From NCBI RefSeq assembly GCF_006345805.1, contig NC_042998.1:157604001-157668000 (forward strand): a stretch of 64,000 nucleotides of DNA, given 5' to 3'. The notes under the pieces are model-generated. The model was not told the origin of the DNA. It did no database searches and saw only the letters and a program-made list of their open reading frames with translations. The stretch comes from Octopus sinensis. Taxonomy: Eukaryota. The position numbers and the translations under genes are program-made. Shown piece after piece: positions 13,120 through 26,290 of the stretch (positions are counted from its first letter, which is position 1; each line of letters begins with the position of its first letter).

Positions 13120-13555
13120 TCTAATCGACCAGACATCATGACCAAGGACTACACCAGAGGAACTTGTCTGTCAATAGATATGTCTGTCCCACAAGATAAA
13201 AATGTCTCAAGAAAGGAATGCGAAAAGCTTTCTCACTATAAATATCTGCAAATTGAAATCACAAAAATGTGAAAGCTTAGTACTACGATAATACCAGCAG
13301 TAATTGGTGCGTTGGAGAGCTGAGAAGTATGTTATGCAACTCCCTGGTAACTCCAATCCTCTTGAACTACAAAAGATAACTTTGATGAGTACAGCTCATT
13401 TACTACGGAAATCTAAAATGTATCCCATCTAAAATGGGATAAATGGAGTGATAATTGTAGCATACATAGCCAATGTTTCCTTGCTGCTCTTGGCCTCCGG
13501 AGGATGCCCGGTACTAAGGCAGCTGAAATAAAGTTAAAATGAAAGGAAACTATAA
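13120..13555 (+). mobile_element. Dong/R4-type LINE 3' fragment (REL domain end plus 3' UTR)
   Basis: Translates NRPDIM..KDY..GTCLSIDMSVPQD...IPAVIGAL; ends in (TAA)n; same family as 33525-34045. Confidence 0.75.
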
Positions 13556-13558
13556 ATA

Positions 13559-13643
<85 letters not shown>

Positions 13644-13664
13644 TATTATTATTATTGATAATAA

Positions 13665-13935
13665 GGGATGTCGGAAACATCTAGATAATATCCCTGGAGA
13701 ACCATATCTCAGAGAAATCCAAAAGATTGTGGTGAGAAATACTACCTACATCTTTAGAAAAGCCCTATCAATTTAAATGTCTGTGTTATATTACATGAAT
13801 ATTTTTCGCTACTGCCCCTGTCACTTCCCCTTCCCACGTTTTCAGTCCTACTGCAATATCTCTTATCCTTCACTCGCTTTAAGACCCTGGGTGTGTCTCG
13901 GCGAGTGATTGTAATAAACATGCAGATTAAAAGTA
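13665..13935 (+). mobile_element. Dong/R4-type LINE extreme 3' fragment
   Basis: IPGEPYLREIQKIVVRNTTYIFRKALS C-terminal motif; flanked by (TAA)n. Confidence 0.65.
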
Positions 13936-13956
13936 AATAATAATAATAATGATAAT

Positions 13957-13997
<41 letters not shown>

Positions 13998-14094
13998 TAA
14001 CGATGATGATGATGATGATAATGATGATGATGATATGATGATGATGATGATGATCATGATCATGATGATGATCATGATGATAATGATAATAATA

Positions 14095-15113
14095 ACCAGA
14101 TTGATCAGGTTGAAGCAAATACGCCAAGTGCTGCTGCAAAGAAAATAAAATTAATTGCAAAGACAAAAGCACATGAAAAATTAGCTAGCAGATGGGAACA
14201 GAAACCTCTCAATGGCAAGTATATGGCCCGTAGCAAACAAGCTGATGTCGACCAGAAACACGCGCACCAATGGTTACGAAGCTCAGGGCTAAAAGCAGAG
14301 AGGGAAGGTTTCATATTAGCTGCTCAAGACCAATGCTTATTAACCCGGAACTACCAAGCCAATGTGATAAAAAATGGAGCTGACCCAAAATGCCGATTCT
14401 GTAACGAGGAGATTGAAACTATAGACCACCTAATCTCAGGGTGTAGAGTAATAGCACCTGTAGAATATAAAGCAAGACATGACAGAGTCGGCCAGTATTT
14501 ACACTGGACAATATGTCGGCATTATAAAATCAAAACCGCTGACAAATGGTATAAACACTATCCTGAAGCTGTGACTGAGGGAGAAAATGTATTGATTCCA
14601 TGGGACAAAATCAACAAAACCAGAAAAGCTTATAAACAGGAATTTATTATAAAAGATCAGACGAAAATGGTGTATTTATTAATTGACATGAGTATTCCTA
14701 GCGATCACGATATAGTGGCGAAAGAATTTGACAAGATCAGTAAATATAAAGACTTGCTAATAGAAATTTTTAAAATGTGGCATCTCAAGGCGACTACAGT
14801 ACCAGTGATTGTAGGAAATCTAGGAATAATAAAAAAATGTACTGAAACCTATTTGAAAATGACACCAGGCTTACCATCCCCACAGGAAGTGCAAAATATC
14901 ATGTTAACTGGAACGGCTCATGTACTGAGAAGAGCATTATTGCTGTGAAAAGAACATCTAGTCATGAATTTATTTATTTATTTTTAAATACATATTTTAA
15001 CTGTGAACTTGCGTGTGCAATCTGGGAATGCATACAAAGAGCTTCTCTACCCTAAGTGTACGGAAAACACTCGGCGAGAAACAGAAGAAAATTTGAAGAA
15101 AGAAGGAAAAAAC

Positions 15114-15115
<2 letters not shown>
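14095..15115 (+). mobile_element. Dong/R4-type LINE 3' fragment (zinc knuckle plus REL endonuclease)
   Basis: ORF 14223-14948 with CRFC..ETIDHLISGC, RHD, LIDMSIP..KYKDL; ends in (TAA)n. Confidence 0.9.
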
Positions 15116-15150
<35 letters not shown>

Positions 15151-15181
15151 GAAGAAGAAGAAGAAGAGGAAGAAGAAGAAG

Positions 15182-16262
15182 AAATCTGAGTGAATTCCAA
15201 ATACAACAAATCCCAGAATTAGACGTACTGCAAACAAACACAAAAAAAGCTAAGCGTGTGAGAACAGGTGCTAAAACTGCTGCCTTGGATATTCTAACAG
15301 ATAAATAGCAAGAAAAACCAATCAATGGAAAATACTCAAACAGAACTAATAATGCCGATGTTGACAAAGCCCTTGTCTATCAATGGTTAGTGTCTTCTGG
15401 CTTAAAATCAGAAACAGAAGGGTTTCTCAAGATCAATGCCTACCTACAAAGAGGCTACCAGGCCAACATATTAAAGAACGGTAGTAGCCCAACATGTCGT
15501 GTATGTAAACAACAACATGAAACCATTGGTCATGTTGTCTCTAAGTGCAGTCTTCTTGCGCCTCCAGAGTATCTCAACAGGCATGATAGAGAAGTACAAT
15601 ATATTCACTGGATAGTTTGCAAAAAACCTGGACCTGCCCCATGATAAAAACTGGTGGGAACACAAACCACCTCCAGTGCTTGAAAATGACCACATCTCAC
15701 TCCTCTGAAACTTCACCATTCAAACTAACAAAGATAGATGCGAATAAGCCAGATATGATATTGAAAGACTTCAGACAAAAATCATGCTTCCCCAATGATA
15801 TGACTGTCCCAATCAACATAAATGTATCTGTCAAGACCTACCAAAAACTGAGCAAGTATGAACATCTAGAAATAGAAATTGGCAAAATGTAGAACCTCAA
15901 GACTATAACAATGCCTGTTGTCATTGGTGACCTACGATTTATAGCAAAGGGGGATGACTCCTACCTAGCTCAAATACCAGGAAAGCCAAAAATGGCAGAA
16001 ATTCAAAAGATGGTGTTCATGAGAACTGCCTATAGTCTACTTAAAATACTGTCTATGTAATCTCAAATTTTAAAACTTATAATTTTCTTATGCTTTCTTA
16101 AACATTCTCTAGAACAATACTATGTGTAAAAGCAAATATATAACACCCTAGGCATAACACCAACTTGAACTTCTAACTTATTGACTCTTGATGCCTCTGG
16201 GTGAGACTTGGAGTCAGATTGTAGAAATACAAAGCAGAAATCAAACATATAATGAAAATAAT
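15182..16262 (+). mobile_element. Dong/R4-type LINE 3' fragment, frameshifted, second family
   Basis: GLKSETEGF, CRVC..HETIGHVVSKC, RHD, NKPDMILKD motifs across frames; same family as 51350-51790. Confidence 0.85.
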
Positions 16263-16693
16263 AGAAATAACGTACCTTATTTAGTCTTGGTATAAAAGAT
16301 GGGCTACAGCAAATATTCTGTTCAATACCACAGATTTGTTTGTCACTTGTTTGCCCTTAACCACTTGAGCATGTCCCTTGGTGGCTGACAATATGAGCTT
16401 CTCTGATCACGAGCAGAAGTTGTGGAGGAGCACCATAGCCATGTGATGAGAGGAATTCTTTGAGGTTTGAATAATTCACCTCTGGAAATATGGGTGTTTT
16501 GTTCAACATCCTAAAGCGACCTTCATTCATCTGCAAGATCGTGTGCTGTTTATCTTTATATGAGATCATCAAAAGGATGCGATGCATGTGCCTGGTATAC
16601 CCTTAACAGACGGGTAGTGATTATGGGTAAACTGCGCTCCGTATATTTTACCCCACTGTCACTTTGATGGCATGCGCTGCTGTCTCACTCAAT
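16262..16693 (+). mobile_element. Non-coding (TAA)n-associated repeat (family T), internally deleted copy
   Basis: Homologous to minus-strand copies at 38807, 39358 and 50696; ends ctcactcaataac. Confidence 0.75.
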
Positions 16694-19143
16694 AACAACA
16701 ACAATAATAACAATTTAACTTGAAAATATCAATCACAACATGGCTGAAAAACATCGATGGATGTGTGAAGGTAGAACACCTACAAACATCAGCATTGCTT
16801 GTAACTGCAAAAATTCTTCACAGGATAAGTGCAGGAGTGGCTGTGTGGTAAGAAGGATAAAACGCTCTTTCGCCAAACACTAAAGTTTTGAAACTTATAT
16901 TTCAACACAGAAATGAAAATAATTAACAATTGCGTCAAGCATATAAAAATCAAATCGAAACTTAAATAGTTTTTTTTTCTATTCGGAATGTTTCTTTATT
17001 CATCCCTTATTTTTACGGATCCTGAGAAACAGTTTAGGTGTTCAAGGCCTGTCAAAAAGAGCAGTATTTTCCTCTGATAAAAAGTGATTCAGATATTGAA
17101 TTCTCTCAACTCTATTTTGTATTTGACCTAAATCGGTAGAGATATTTTCGACAACTTAAAATTTTGTACAAAATAATTGCCTATATTTCTCAACAAATTT
17201 TTACTGTTTGCGTCCTTCCGCGTAATCTACAGTAGCAAAACCTGGACCAACCTAGTCATTGGAGAAGAAACTGAATTTCTTTTATCTATTATGAATCATT
17301 TACTTGTTACATATAACTTTCTGTGTCATTAATTATGCTAAGTTCAAAGAATCAACATGAGGATAGTGAAACCAAGAGTGAAATTACCGCTCTCGAAATT
17401 AGGTAAGAGGCTAGCATGCTAAAGACACTGATAATAACGATATTGGTTAAAAATATAAGGTAACTAATTTCGATACACATTGAACAATGTCTGATACTCT
17501 GTGTAAACGAACTGGTATTATGTAGCAATACCAATCAGACTATGCTACATACGCACGCGCGCGCGCACACACACACACACACACATACTCGAGAGACAAA
17601 AGATTATGTTTGCAGTGATTAAAGGAGCATGCTGGTATACAGTAAAACCATAACTTTTCATCCGACTTCGACTTCTTCCCCTGCTGTGGTTGTATTATCC
17701 TTGCTGGTACATAAGTTGTCAAAGATGATCGTTTGTTGCGGCAAAAACAACATGTCAAATATGAGGTTGAAGCTTATGTAAAACACGAATGAAATGGATA
17801 TAATTATAATACTGTATACATCTCTGTTGTTTCAGATATTCGGCGTAACTTCAAAGTATCCAATACAAACATCAACGAGTAGTCTGATTCGCATACAAAA
17901 AAGAGGCATGTGGTTCAATAACTAGCAGCATTTGTTTCTACTTAATATCAGGTATTTCAGTTTTGGATGTAGCTGTTTTGGGAAAATATTTAAAAACCAT
18001 TACGTTTTATAAATCTGACGTCTTCCGCCTGTATAAGATCGCACTTACTGGAAAAGATAAATACAACCACAAATCAATGACACCCATTAGTTTAATATAA
18101 TAAACTTTGTCTTAGTAATCAAGTCTATATGGACAATTAACATAACAAATTATATAATCAATGTTAATCAATGTTAACTGCATGAAAACTGGTTTTGTAA
18201 CGAGAAACATCTAGTTATAAAGTCAACTGAATGACCTTTTCTTGACCAAGAGAATAATTAGCTATTTGAGATAATAGTTGAATATTAAAATTGTAATTTG
18301 CTATACTGCCGAACTATTATATTGATCGTAGCTGCAGTGTGGTAGAGAGATTAAGAAATTCACTCTGCCACCGCAAAATCCTAGGTTCGATCGCATTGGT
18401 GGCGGCGTCTTAGAAAAGCAAAGAAGAACACCTTCTTTAGAGTGCTTTATTAGGAGAGTGAAATTGGTTTGAATGATTGAATATTTTGTCATACGCTATA
18501 TGGTACATATCACGTTAATATCGGCAGTACAATTTTAGTTCATCTAAGCAAAAAGAAAAAGAAAATGTTTCATCAGTGGGGTGTACAAACGACTCAATGG
18601 GTAGGCAGTGCAATTAATTTCTCTTTACGAATTATTCACTCGGGAAAGAAGACCTTCAAGTATAAAAAAACATAAATATAATAAGGATTATTTATCACAT
18701 GTCACCTTTCGATGACAGTTCCCCTTGTCAGGTGCTGATGAACTGTTAGCCACATACTATTTAGCACCTGTTGACGCACACTATAAAATAGTCGTCGAAC
18801 AGAAATAGATAGAGGAAAGAAACTGTCTTAGAAAAGCACTGTACAGGAAAAAATAATTTGTTAGTAAGCATAAATACATGCTTGGTTCTATAATGTAGAT
18901 AGGCGCAAATGAACTTAGGCAAAGGCATAACGTATGTATGTATGTATGTATGTATGTATGTATGTATGTATGTATGTATGTATGATATATTCGACTTTTA
19001 CTAATGGTTTCTTTACTTATAAATTAAAACTTGTTATTAACAAAGAAAGAACTCCGTATTTAGAGGTTGCATTACAGTAGAGTTACATTTTGAAGTGATC
19101 ATATTTCACTATTCCACTTTCGGACAGAATCTGCAAAATATAT

Positions 19144-20141
19144 TGTTACGGGACCCCCAACGAAGAAAGCTGTTACGGAATCCCTCACACAGGCCCGAAC
19201 GATCGGCGAATGTTCACCACGGAACTCAGAGAGGAGAGAGATACAACAACTACGACAACAGCAGCAGGAAGAGACACAGAGGCACAAGGAAACACAGCGG
19301 AAGGCAATTGGCCTACATTTAACGTACTAGTTTATAACACTTTATAATTGTTACAACATCAAATACATATCAGACACATCAAAGAGGAAATACATGCAAG
19401 TAACAACACATCAAATGCAATAACAACAGCTCAAAGTATTTAAACATGCAGATCCAATAGACAGTCCGGAGACAACAGTTCTGTTTCAAATCACATTAAC
19501 GTTACAGTTCAAAGGACATTAAAGGCATATACAGTTCAATGTTCATTAAATTCTTTTCAGACTACAACAGAGCCTTTCTTTTTCTCTCTTTCTTTAACAG
19601 TTCTGTAACACATATCAACACAGTTCACATTGTTCTTTTTACTGTCTCATTTCTTTTCCAGCCTTTATAACACATCGACAAGCCCTTTACTCAATTCACA
19701 TATCAATACAACAATTCACGTACCGTTACATCAGCCAATGCCTCATATTGTAGTTCCTCTCTATCAGCTGCCCAATCCTCTGTATATCTCTCTCTGTCAC
19801 AGCAGAACAAACCAACTGCTAAAATCCAAACTGCCGACTGCTAAATCCAACTGCCAACTGCTTGCCTTGAATACTAAATCCTGACTGTCTCTCTCACTTG
19901 CTCTGTCCTCGACTGCCTTGTCACTACCCCAATCTCTCTGCTGGAACTCCCTCAGTTCCTTAATCTGTCTTCCTCAGCCCCTCAACATTTCTCTCACTGT
20001 CTCTCACAAACTGAACTCTAATTCACCTGAAAGGGTCGGGGAGTTTCCCCAGAGCTAATTAATCAACCCGCATCTGGCAGAACAATGGATTCATTGCCAA
20101 AAGTAGGTCACAATCAACTGTCCTCAAGTTGAACCACAACA
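19144..20141. mobile_element. Solo LTR (Gypsy-like)
   Basis: Termini TGTTACGG...CCACAACA (TG..CA with imperfect terminal IR); 4-bp TSD ATAT at 19140-19143 and 20142-20145. Confidence 0.75.
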
Positions 20142-21039
20142 ATATGTTAGTTTCTTTCTTCACCTGAGAACTTTTTGAGATTGCCACTTAGATAGCCACT
20201 AACAGTGCCAAATGCAAGATTATACAGGTATGTATATTTATAATATAACGAAACTACAGCAACAGAGTAAATCTCCGTAAATATTACCTTTCTCCGAATG
20301 TTTTAAAAAGAATCTTTTCTTTTCAGGACAGCTAATCTCTATAACTCCACAAAATGTTTTGTCTTCTCGTAAACTAGTGTGCCAAGATGAAAATGTTTGC
20401 ACATGACGGAGATTCCAGTAATATTCCATACATCAATTCCATACATCAATCAACAGAAATATTCTCAATATTTATAACGCTACAGATTTTCCTACTCATA
20501 GCACTAAGTATATTGTATTAGCATCATCAAACTGTTTTGGAAGGCAGTACTTTAATAACATTTTTGGACAGCTACAGATCATGTGTGCAATATCTTCCTC
20601 AGAAATGTGGAATTTTTCCTATCTTGAGTTTTAAGCGCTTAAATTTTATTTTCTGTTCAATATGTTGCAGATGTAAAACTTTAAAAATGTTAAGTTAAGT
20701 TCATTTTTTGGGTCAAAAAGCAAAAAGCAAGGCCATGTAGAGGGACATGGAGTTATGTAGAGGGAGTGTGTTCATGCAAAGAGTGATACATATAACGGTC
20801 ATGAATCAAACTAACGCTAAACTTTATATCGATATTAGCATCATTATCACGTCTGCTGGAAACATAACCAGGTATAACCTTTTCATTTATCTTGGTGGGG
20901 TTCATGCATTGTGTTTCTTCTCGAGGTTTTTGTCCAGTTACTCTAATGCAGCAATCGTGCTGTTTTGTATGCACGTTATTTTATTTAATATTATCTAAAA
21001 TACGGTTTGAAACAAAGAAATAAAGGTCACTATATACGA

Positions 21040-22620
21040 GTAGGATAACTATCAACCTGACCAGAGTTTCCGACTCACAAGTCTTCATGCGCATTTGGTG
21101 TATCTGGACGGCGGTACGACAGACCGTCTTTTTGGACCCAGAAGTCAGCAGTTTTGATTGTGAACAGTTGTGAAAATATACCTTCATACTTGTAACTTTT
21201 TATGTACCAAAGCCCAGAGGAGTTAGACTACTTCAAGCGTCTGCAGGTTTCCCAAGGAACGTACTGTATATTAGTGCAGGTGGACAACTAAAGCTTAATC
21301 TTGGACGACATGTGGTATTGTGTGCAGCTAGTTGAGAAAGGAAGGAAGTACAAAAGTCGTCACCAACCTGGTCAGAAGTCTCCAACTATCTAACATGCAA
21401 CGCGTAGATTTCCCGTATGTACCAACGGGAACATAGTTAAACCGCATCGGGTCGTTCAGATCGTATCAAGATAGAGTATTTTGTAGATAATGTTATTATA
21501 GGTTGTTATTTTAAAATCGTCGACTTTACAAATCACGAATTTGTGAGCAGTGCGGTGGAGCGAGATAGACTTCATTGGTAACTGGAAGCTGAAAGCTTCA
21601 CTCTAATGAAATAGTAGACAGGAATTGACGAAGGCAATTGTCAGTAACAAATTGTAGTTTCCTCAGAATTTTGCTTCCCTGTTCAAAACGAGTAGATTGC
21701 TAGAGTGCTGGATGGATTTCAGAGCCTCGACGGTCTACAAGCCCATAACTGTTAAACTGTTAAAGTTTTGACCAAAGTATTAGCAAATTGCCTGATTAAT
21801 GATAGAAAATCTATCCATGGCATTCACCCTTGCCTCTGACACATCATAGAGAGATTGGGTAAGAAAGTCGGTAATGTTGCGGCTCGGCTTTTTTTTTTTG
21901 ATAGAGTCGACCTGTAATACCTGCTGAACTACTCTCACGGCGGCCGATTTTGGTCCCGTCTTCCGCAGTTGGATGTTGGGAGACATCTGTTTGATGGTTA
22001 AGGTTAATGACCGTGTATCAGATCTATTCAGTAATATGTGCTTGGCTCATCAAGGTTGTCCCATCTCTTCTATATGTACTGATTTTTAGTCATCACTTCG
22101 GAAACTAGAGACGTTAAGGGACACCAAGCGCTCACAAGGATGTGGAAGAACTGAGTCGGTTGTGCGGACAAGGTCACTGTAATAGTGTTGGATATTAGTC
22201 ATAGTGAGGTTGTCGTCACCCTCACGGAGTACAAGGTGATGACAGAAGCAAAAATCAATCAAGAAAAGTCATATAAGAGCATTGTGGGTTGCTGGAGAAA
22301 TCGACCAGTCATTTTGCTCGGAGTTTGGTTTCTTCCGGATCTCCAAATGGGGAAGAACAGATACGAGTTCGGTAAATCTTTCCGAGAAAGGTCGGTCACT
22401 TTCCCTTGTCGTCAGAGTAATCATGGTTTTGGAAGGTTTCCAGGTGTAGACATCGGAAGCCTGTTCCATTTTCGTGAATTATTTCTTGTTTGAATTCTTT
22501 TCAATTTCTTTCTTTTATTTTACTGCTTAATCGCTTTTATGTAACCCCGCATATGTTGCAGTATTTTGTCCTATCGTTCTCCATCTATTTATGAAAACTT
22601 AATGTTTAATAAAGAAACCA
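21040..22620 (+). pseudogene. Highly decayed L1/Tx1-type LINE ORF2 remnant
   Basis: Fragments VFLDPE..TFILVTFYVP (endonuclease), FDRVD, VND..SDLF..HQGCPIS (RT); aataaa then (TTC)n at the 3' end. Confidence 0.55.
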
Positions 22621-22731
22621 TTCTTCTTCTTCTTCTTCTTCTTCTTCTTCTTCTTCTTCTTCTTCTTCTTCTTCTTCTTCTTCTTCTTCTTCTTCTTCTT
22701 CTTCTTCTTCTTCTTCTTCTTCTTCTTCTTC
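22621..22731. repeat. (TTC)n microsatellite
   Basis: Direct reading. Confidence 0.95.
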
Positions 22732-24125
22732 CATATTAATGATTTCAGTTATAAGTTGACATCTCAAGAAGACATTATTATTTAATGACCGGTGCCACTG
22801 ACAACGTCAGCAAATCGGAATATAGAATAACGAATAGCATTTTCTCTTTCTGTTTATTTTGATATTGTTGCTGTTGCTTTCGTGAAGATGCCTTTATTGC
22901 TATCATTGTTGCTTCTGCTGCCGCTTCTGGTGCGTGTGGTGATGGCGTGGAGGATGATGGCCACAACGCTGATCATGATAATAAGGAGGAGCAAGACGAT
23001 TGTGATGACTGAGAAGATATAAATTGCGATAGCTTTTGTTTTATATGCAGGTCAACACTGAGCAAAGATTTTCATAGGGCGTTCTGGCCGTGACCTGCCC
23101 ATATATCAGTCATCACAATGTTTTGTTTATCTTATATTTAAGAAGTATGATTAGAGAAAGAAATTTAGTTGCCTTACAAATCGAATGACCTTCGTCGTTC
23201 ATCCGGTAAGATTGGATATATTATGTTTTCATAATCAAAAGGGAGGGTGAGGGCTGTTTGCTGCTCTTTGGCTCCATTGAAGAGGACAAACTAATATTGT
23301 CTTCCTTCTATGAGGACGATAAGAACTATATTTACTGCAAGTCTTACAAGAATTGTTCAGGCTGTATTGAGATGAAACTTGTGTGCAGGAAACTGAAGGG
23401 ATGTGACATGTGATAACAGCTGGATGGGAGAGTGTGCATGGTTAGAAACAAAAGTGAGTCGTTCATCATTATATAGAATAAAGTGTACGAGGGATGTAAT
23501 TAGCTTACCACACCTGTTTGAAGAAACTTCTGAACTAGCGGATATTAAACATGAAGAATTAATGGGATGGAGAAGTGTTTATAAATGACTCATGTTTTAC
23601 AAGATAACAGGCTTTGTTTTAACAATTGTAGAAGTATTAATGTCGAAATGTTTCAAAGACGAGAGACTTTTTATGTGTCACACAGTATAATGTCTCCATT
23701 TCATTAAATCTCTTTCTGCAAAGAAAATAATAGGGGATATTAAGAAACAAAATGTTCCCTCAGTGAGAAAGGACATGCATGGGCCTTTAAAATAGTTTTT
23801 CTTATCTTTATTTCATTAGAAGTTATTTTCTTGGATGCTGAAATCCCCGTTTTGTGCTTTTTATGTTTAGGAAAGATTCCTGTTGAGATAAGGATTAAAC
23901 AGTTTATGAAGTACTTATGAAATTATTGAAAGACACCGTTAAAAGTTGTTCGGATGGTGTGACAAGACGTTTCGAATATATATCTTCTCCCCTACTCCAT
24001 GTTGACCACAACTGCCACAAGTTATGCTATTATATTCTCGAAGAAGGGAAGATAATTGCAATAAATCAAGAATAAGTTGTTTGCTATTGTTTATCATATA
24101 CTCGTATCTAAATTTTGCTTATATC

Positions 24126-24312
24126 TACCTGCATGCCTGCGTACCTGCCTGCCTACCTGCCTGCCTGCCTACCTACCTACCTACCTACTACCTACCTACC
24201 TACCTACCTACCTACCTACCTACCTACCTACCTGTCTGCTTCTCTACCTATCAACCTACTTACCTACTAGCCTACCTGCCTATCTACAAAACCACCTACT
24301 ACCTACCTACCT
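24126..24312. repeat. (CCTG)n/(CCTA)n microsatellite
   Basis: Direct reading. Confidence 0.9.
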
Positions 24313-24429
24313 AGTCTTGGTGGCAGCCCGAGCATTTTATGACATAAATTATGTTTTCAGAGGCACAAGTAAAGTTAGATTTGATCTTGAATTTCTGTCC
24401 CTCTTAACAAAAAGTTAACTCAAATTTTA

Positions 24430-26060
24430 ACACTACACAATGGAAGGAACTGATAGAACTTCAAAATGATGAGGATATAACCATTAAGGAAGCAGACAAG
24501 GGAAATGCAGTTGTAATAATGGATACATCATACTATAGAAATCTTGTAATTTCCTTGCTTGATGACAACCTACATTATGAAAAAATTACCAACTACACCC
24601 CACAAAAAATAATGAAAACTCTATCTTCACTAATTAAAACCCATGAAAAGGAACTAATAACCAAAGAGATTGATTTTCTAACAAACTTTAAATGCAAACC
24701 TAGCCTTTTCTATGGTCTGCCAAAATTCATAAAAGCCAAATTATAAATGAAACCATTAAAAAATCACCAAAGACATACATACACACACCTAACACGGGGG
24801 ACCTAAAACTACGACCCATTGTAGCTGGCCCAACCTGTGAAACACACAGACTAAGTCTATTTATGGACATCCTCCTGAAACCCTTCCTTAAACATATCGA
24901 TAGCCATATCAGAGATGACTTAGATATGTTAAACCACCTTCCAAAAAAGCCAAGGAAGAAACAATCCTGGTTTCATTTGATGTAGTTAACTTATATACCA
25001 GTATACCTCATAATTATGGACTAGAGGCAATACAGTTCTGGCTGGACCAATTTCCGGAAGAAATACCAAAAACGATCAGTAAAGAATTCATTACTAAATC
25101 AATTGAATTCATCCTACATAATAACCACTTCATGTTTGACAATACATTTTACCGTCAAAAATCCGGAATTGCTATGGGTGCAAGGGCAGCACCAGTGATT
25201 GCGAACCTAACAGTGGGCTACCTGGAAATAATCAGTTACCAGGAATCTTTATCAATCTTTGGAAACCCCCTCTCTCAATACATAGAAGAGAATTGGAAAC
25301 GATTCCTAGACGATTGTTTTATACTCTGGAATGAAAACACAGATAAACTCCTAAAATTTAAAAACCTGTTGAACAGCATAAACCCAAATATACAGTTCAC
25401 AATGGAATACAACCAAAAGGAGCTCCCGTTCTTGGATATACTAATTAAAAAAAAATTAACCTTAAAATAGAAACAGACATTTTTTACAAAGCCACAGACG
25501 CCAAACAATACCTTTTTAATTCATGCCACCCAAAACACAGTAAAACAAACATCCCCTTCAACCTTGCAAGAAGGATATGCACACTAGTGTCAGAACAAAA
25601 TACCAGGAACTTTAGACTGCAAGAACTCAAAAACACCCTAATTGACAGACATAACCCAGCTCAACTCATAGAGGATGGGATCAGACGTGCAACAGAAATC
25701 AACATAGAAACTTTAAGAAAAGTTCAACACAACAACACACCTTCCCCGAAAATACTACCTTACATATCTACATATAACCCCAGAAACAAAGAAGCCTTCA
25801 CCATCATCACCCAGAATTTACCAATACTTCATAAGGACCCCAAATTAAAGGAAATTCTAAACATACACCAAATCATTAAAAGCTACAATCAACATAAATC
25901 ACTTAAAAAGATTCTCACAAAGGCAAAATTGTTTTCTGAAATTACGGATGCAAAAGTAAAAAAATGTGGTAGATCGAACTGTGCAACATGTCCTAACCTG
26001 CTAGAAGGATCAGAATTCCTCTTCAAAGAGGGACAGAAATTCAAGATCAAATCTAAAAAT
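24430..26060 (+). pseudogene. Penelope-like element reverse transcriptase, frameshifted, truncated before GIY-YIG
   Basis: IKEADKGNAVVIMD, LRPIVAGP, SFDVVNLYTSIP, QKSGIAMG, WKRFLDD, LPFLD, SCHPKH, CGRSNCATC linker. Confidence 0.92.
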
Positions 26061-26184
26061 ATATATTTTTTAACCTTTTAAAACGAGCCTTCTGTAGTTT
26101 TTTCATTTTTTACTATTTTCTATATATTCAACCACGTGCTTTCACAAGCCAACTTTCTTATCTATATCTATATCTATATATATA

Positions 26185-26225
<41 letters not shown>

Positions 26226-26290
26226 AGAACTTACTGTGGACAAGGCTGCGTGGCGTTCGATTATAAATAAATAATTAAAAATACACATTA

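Noticed and set aside
18725-18830. CTGATGA followed by actgtt...aacagaaa as a hammerhead
   Set aside because: No proper GAAA-helix III-NUH or helix I; the CTGATGA lies inside a different hairpin (caggtgct/agcacctg).
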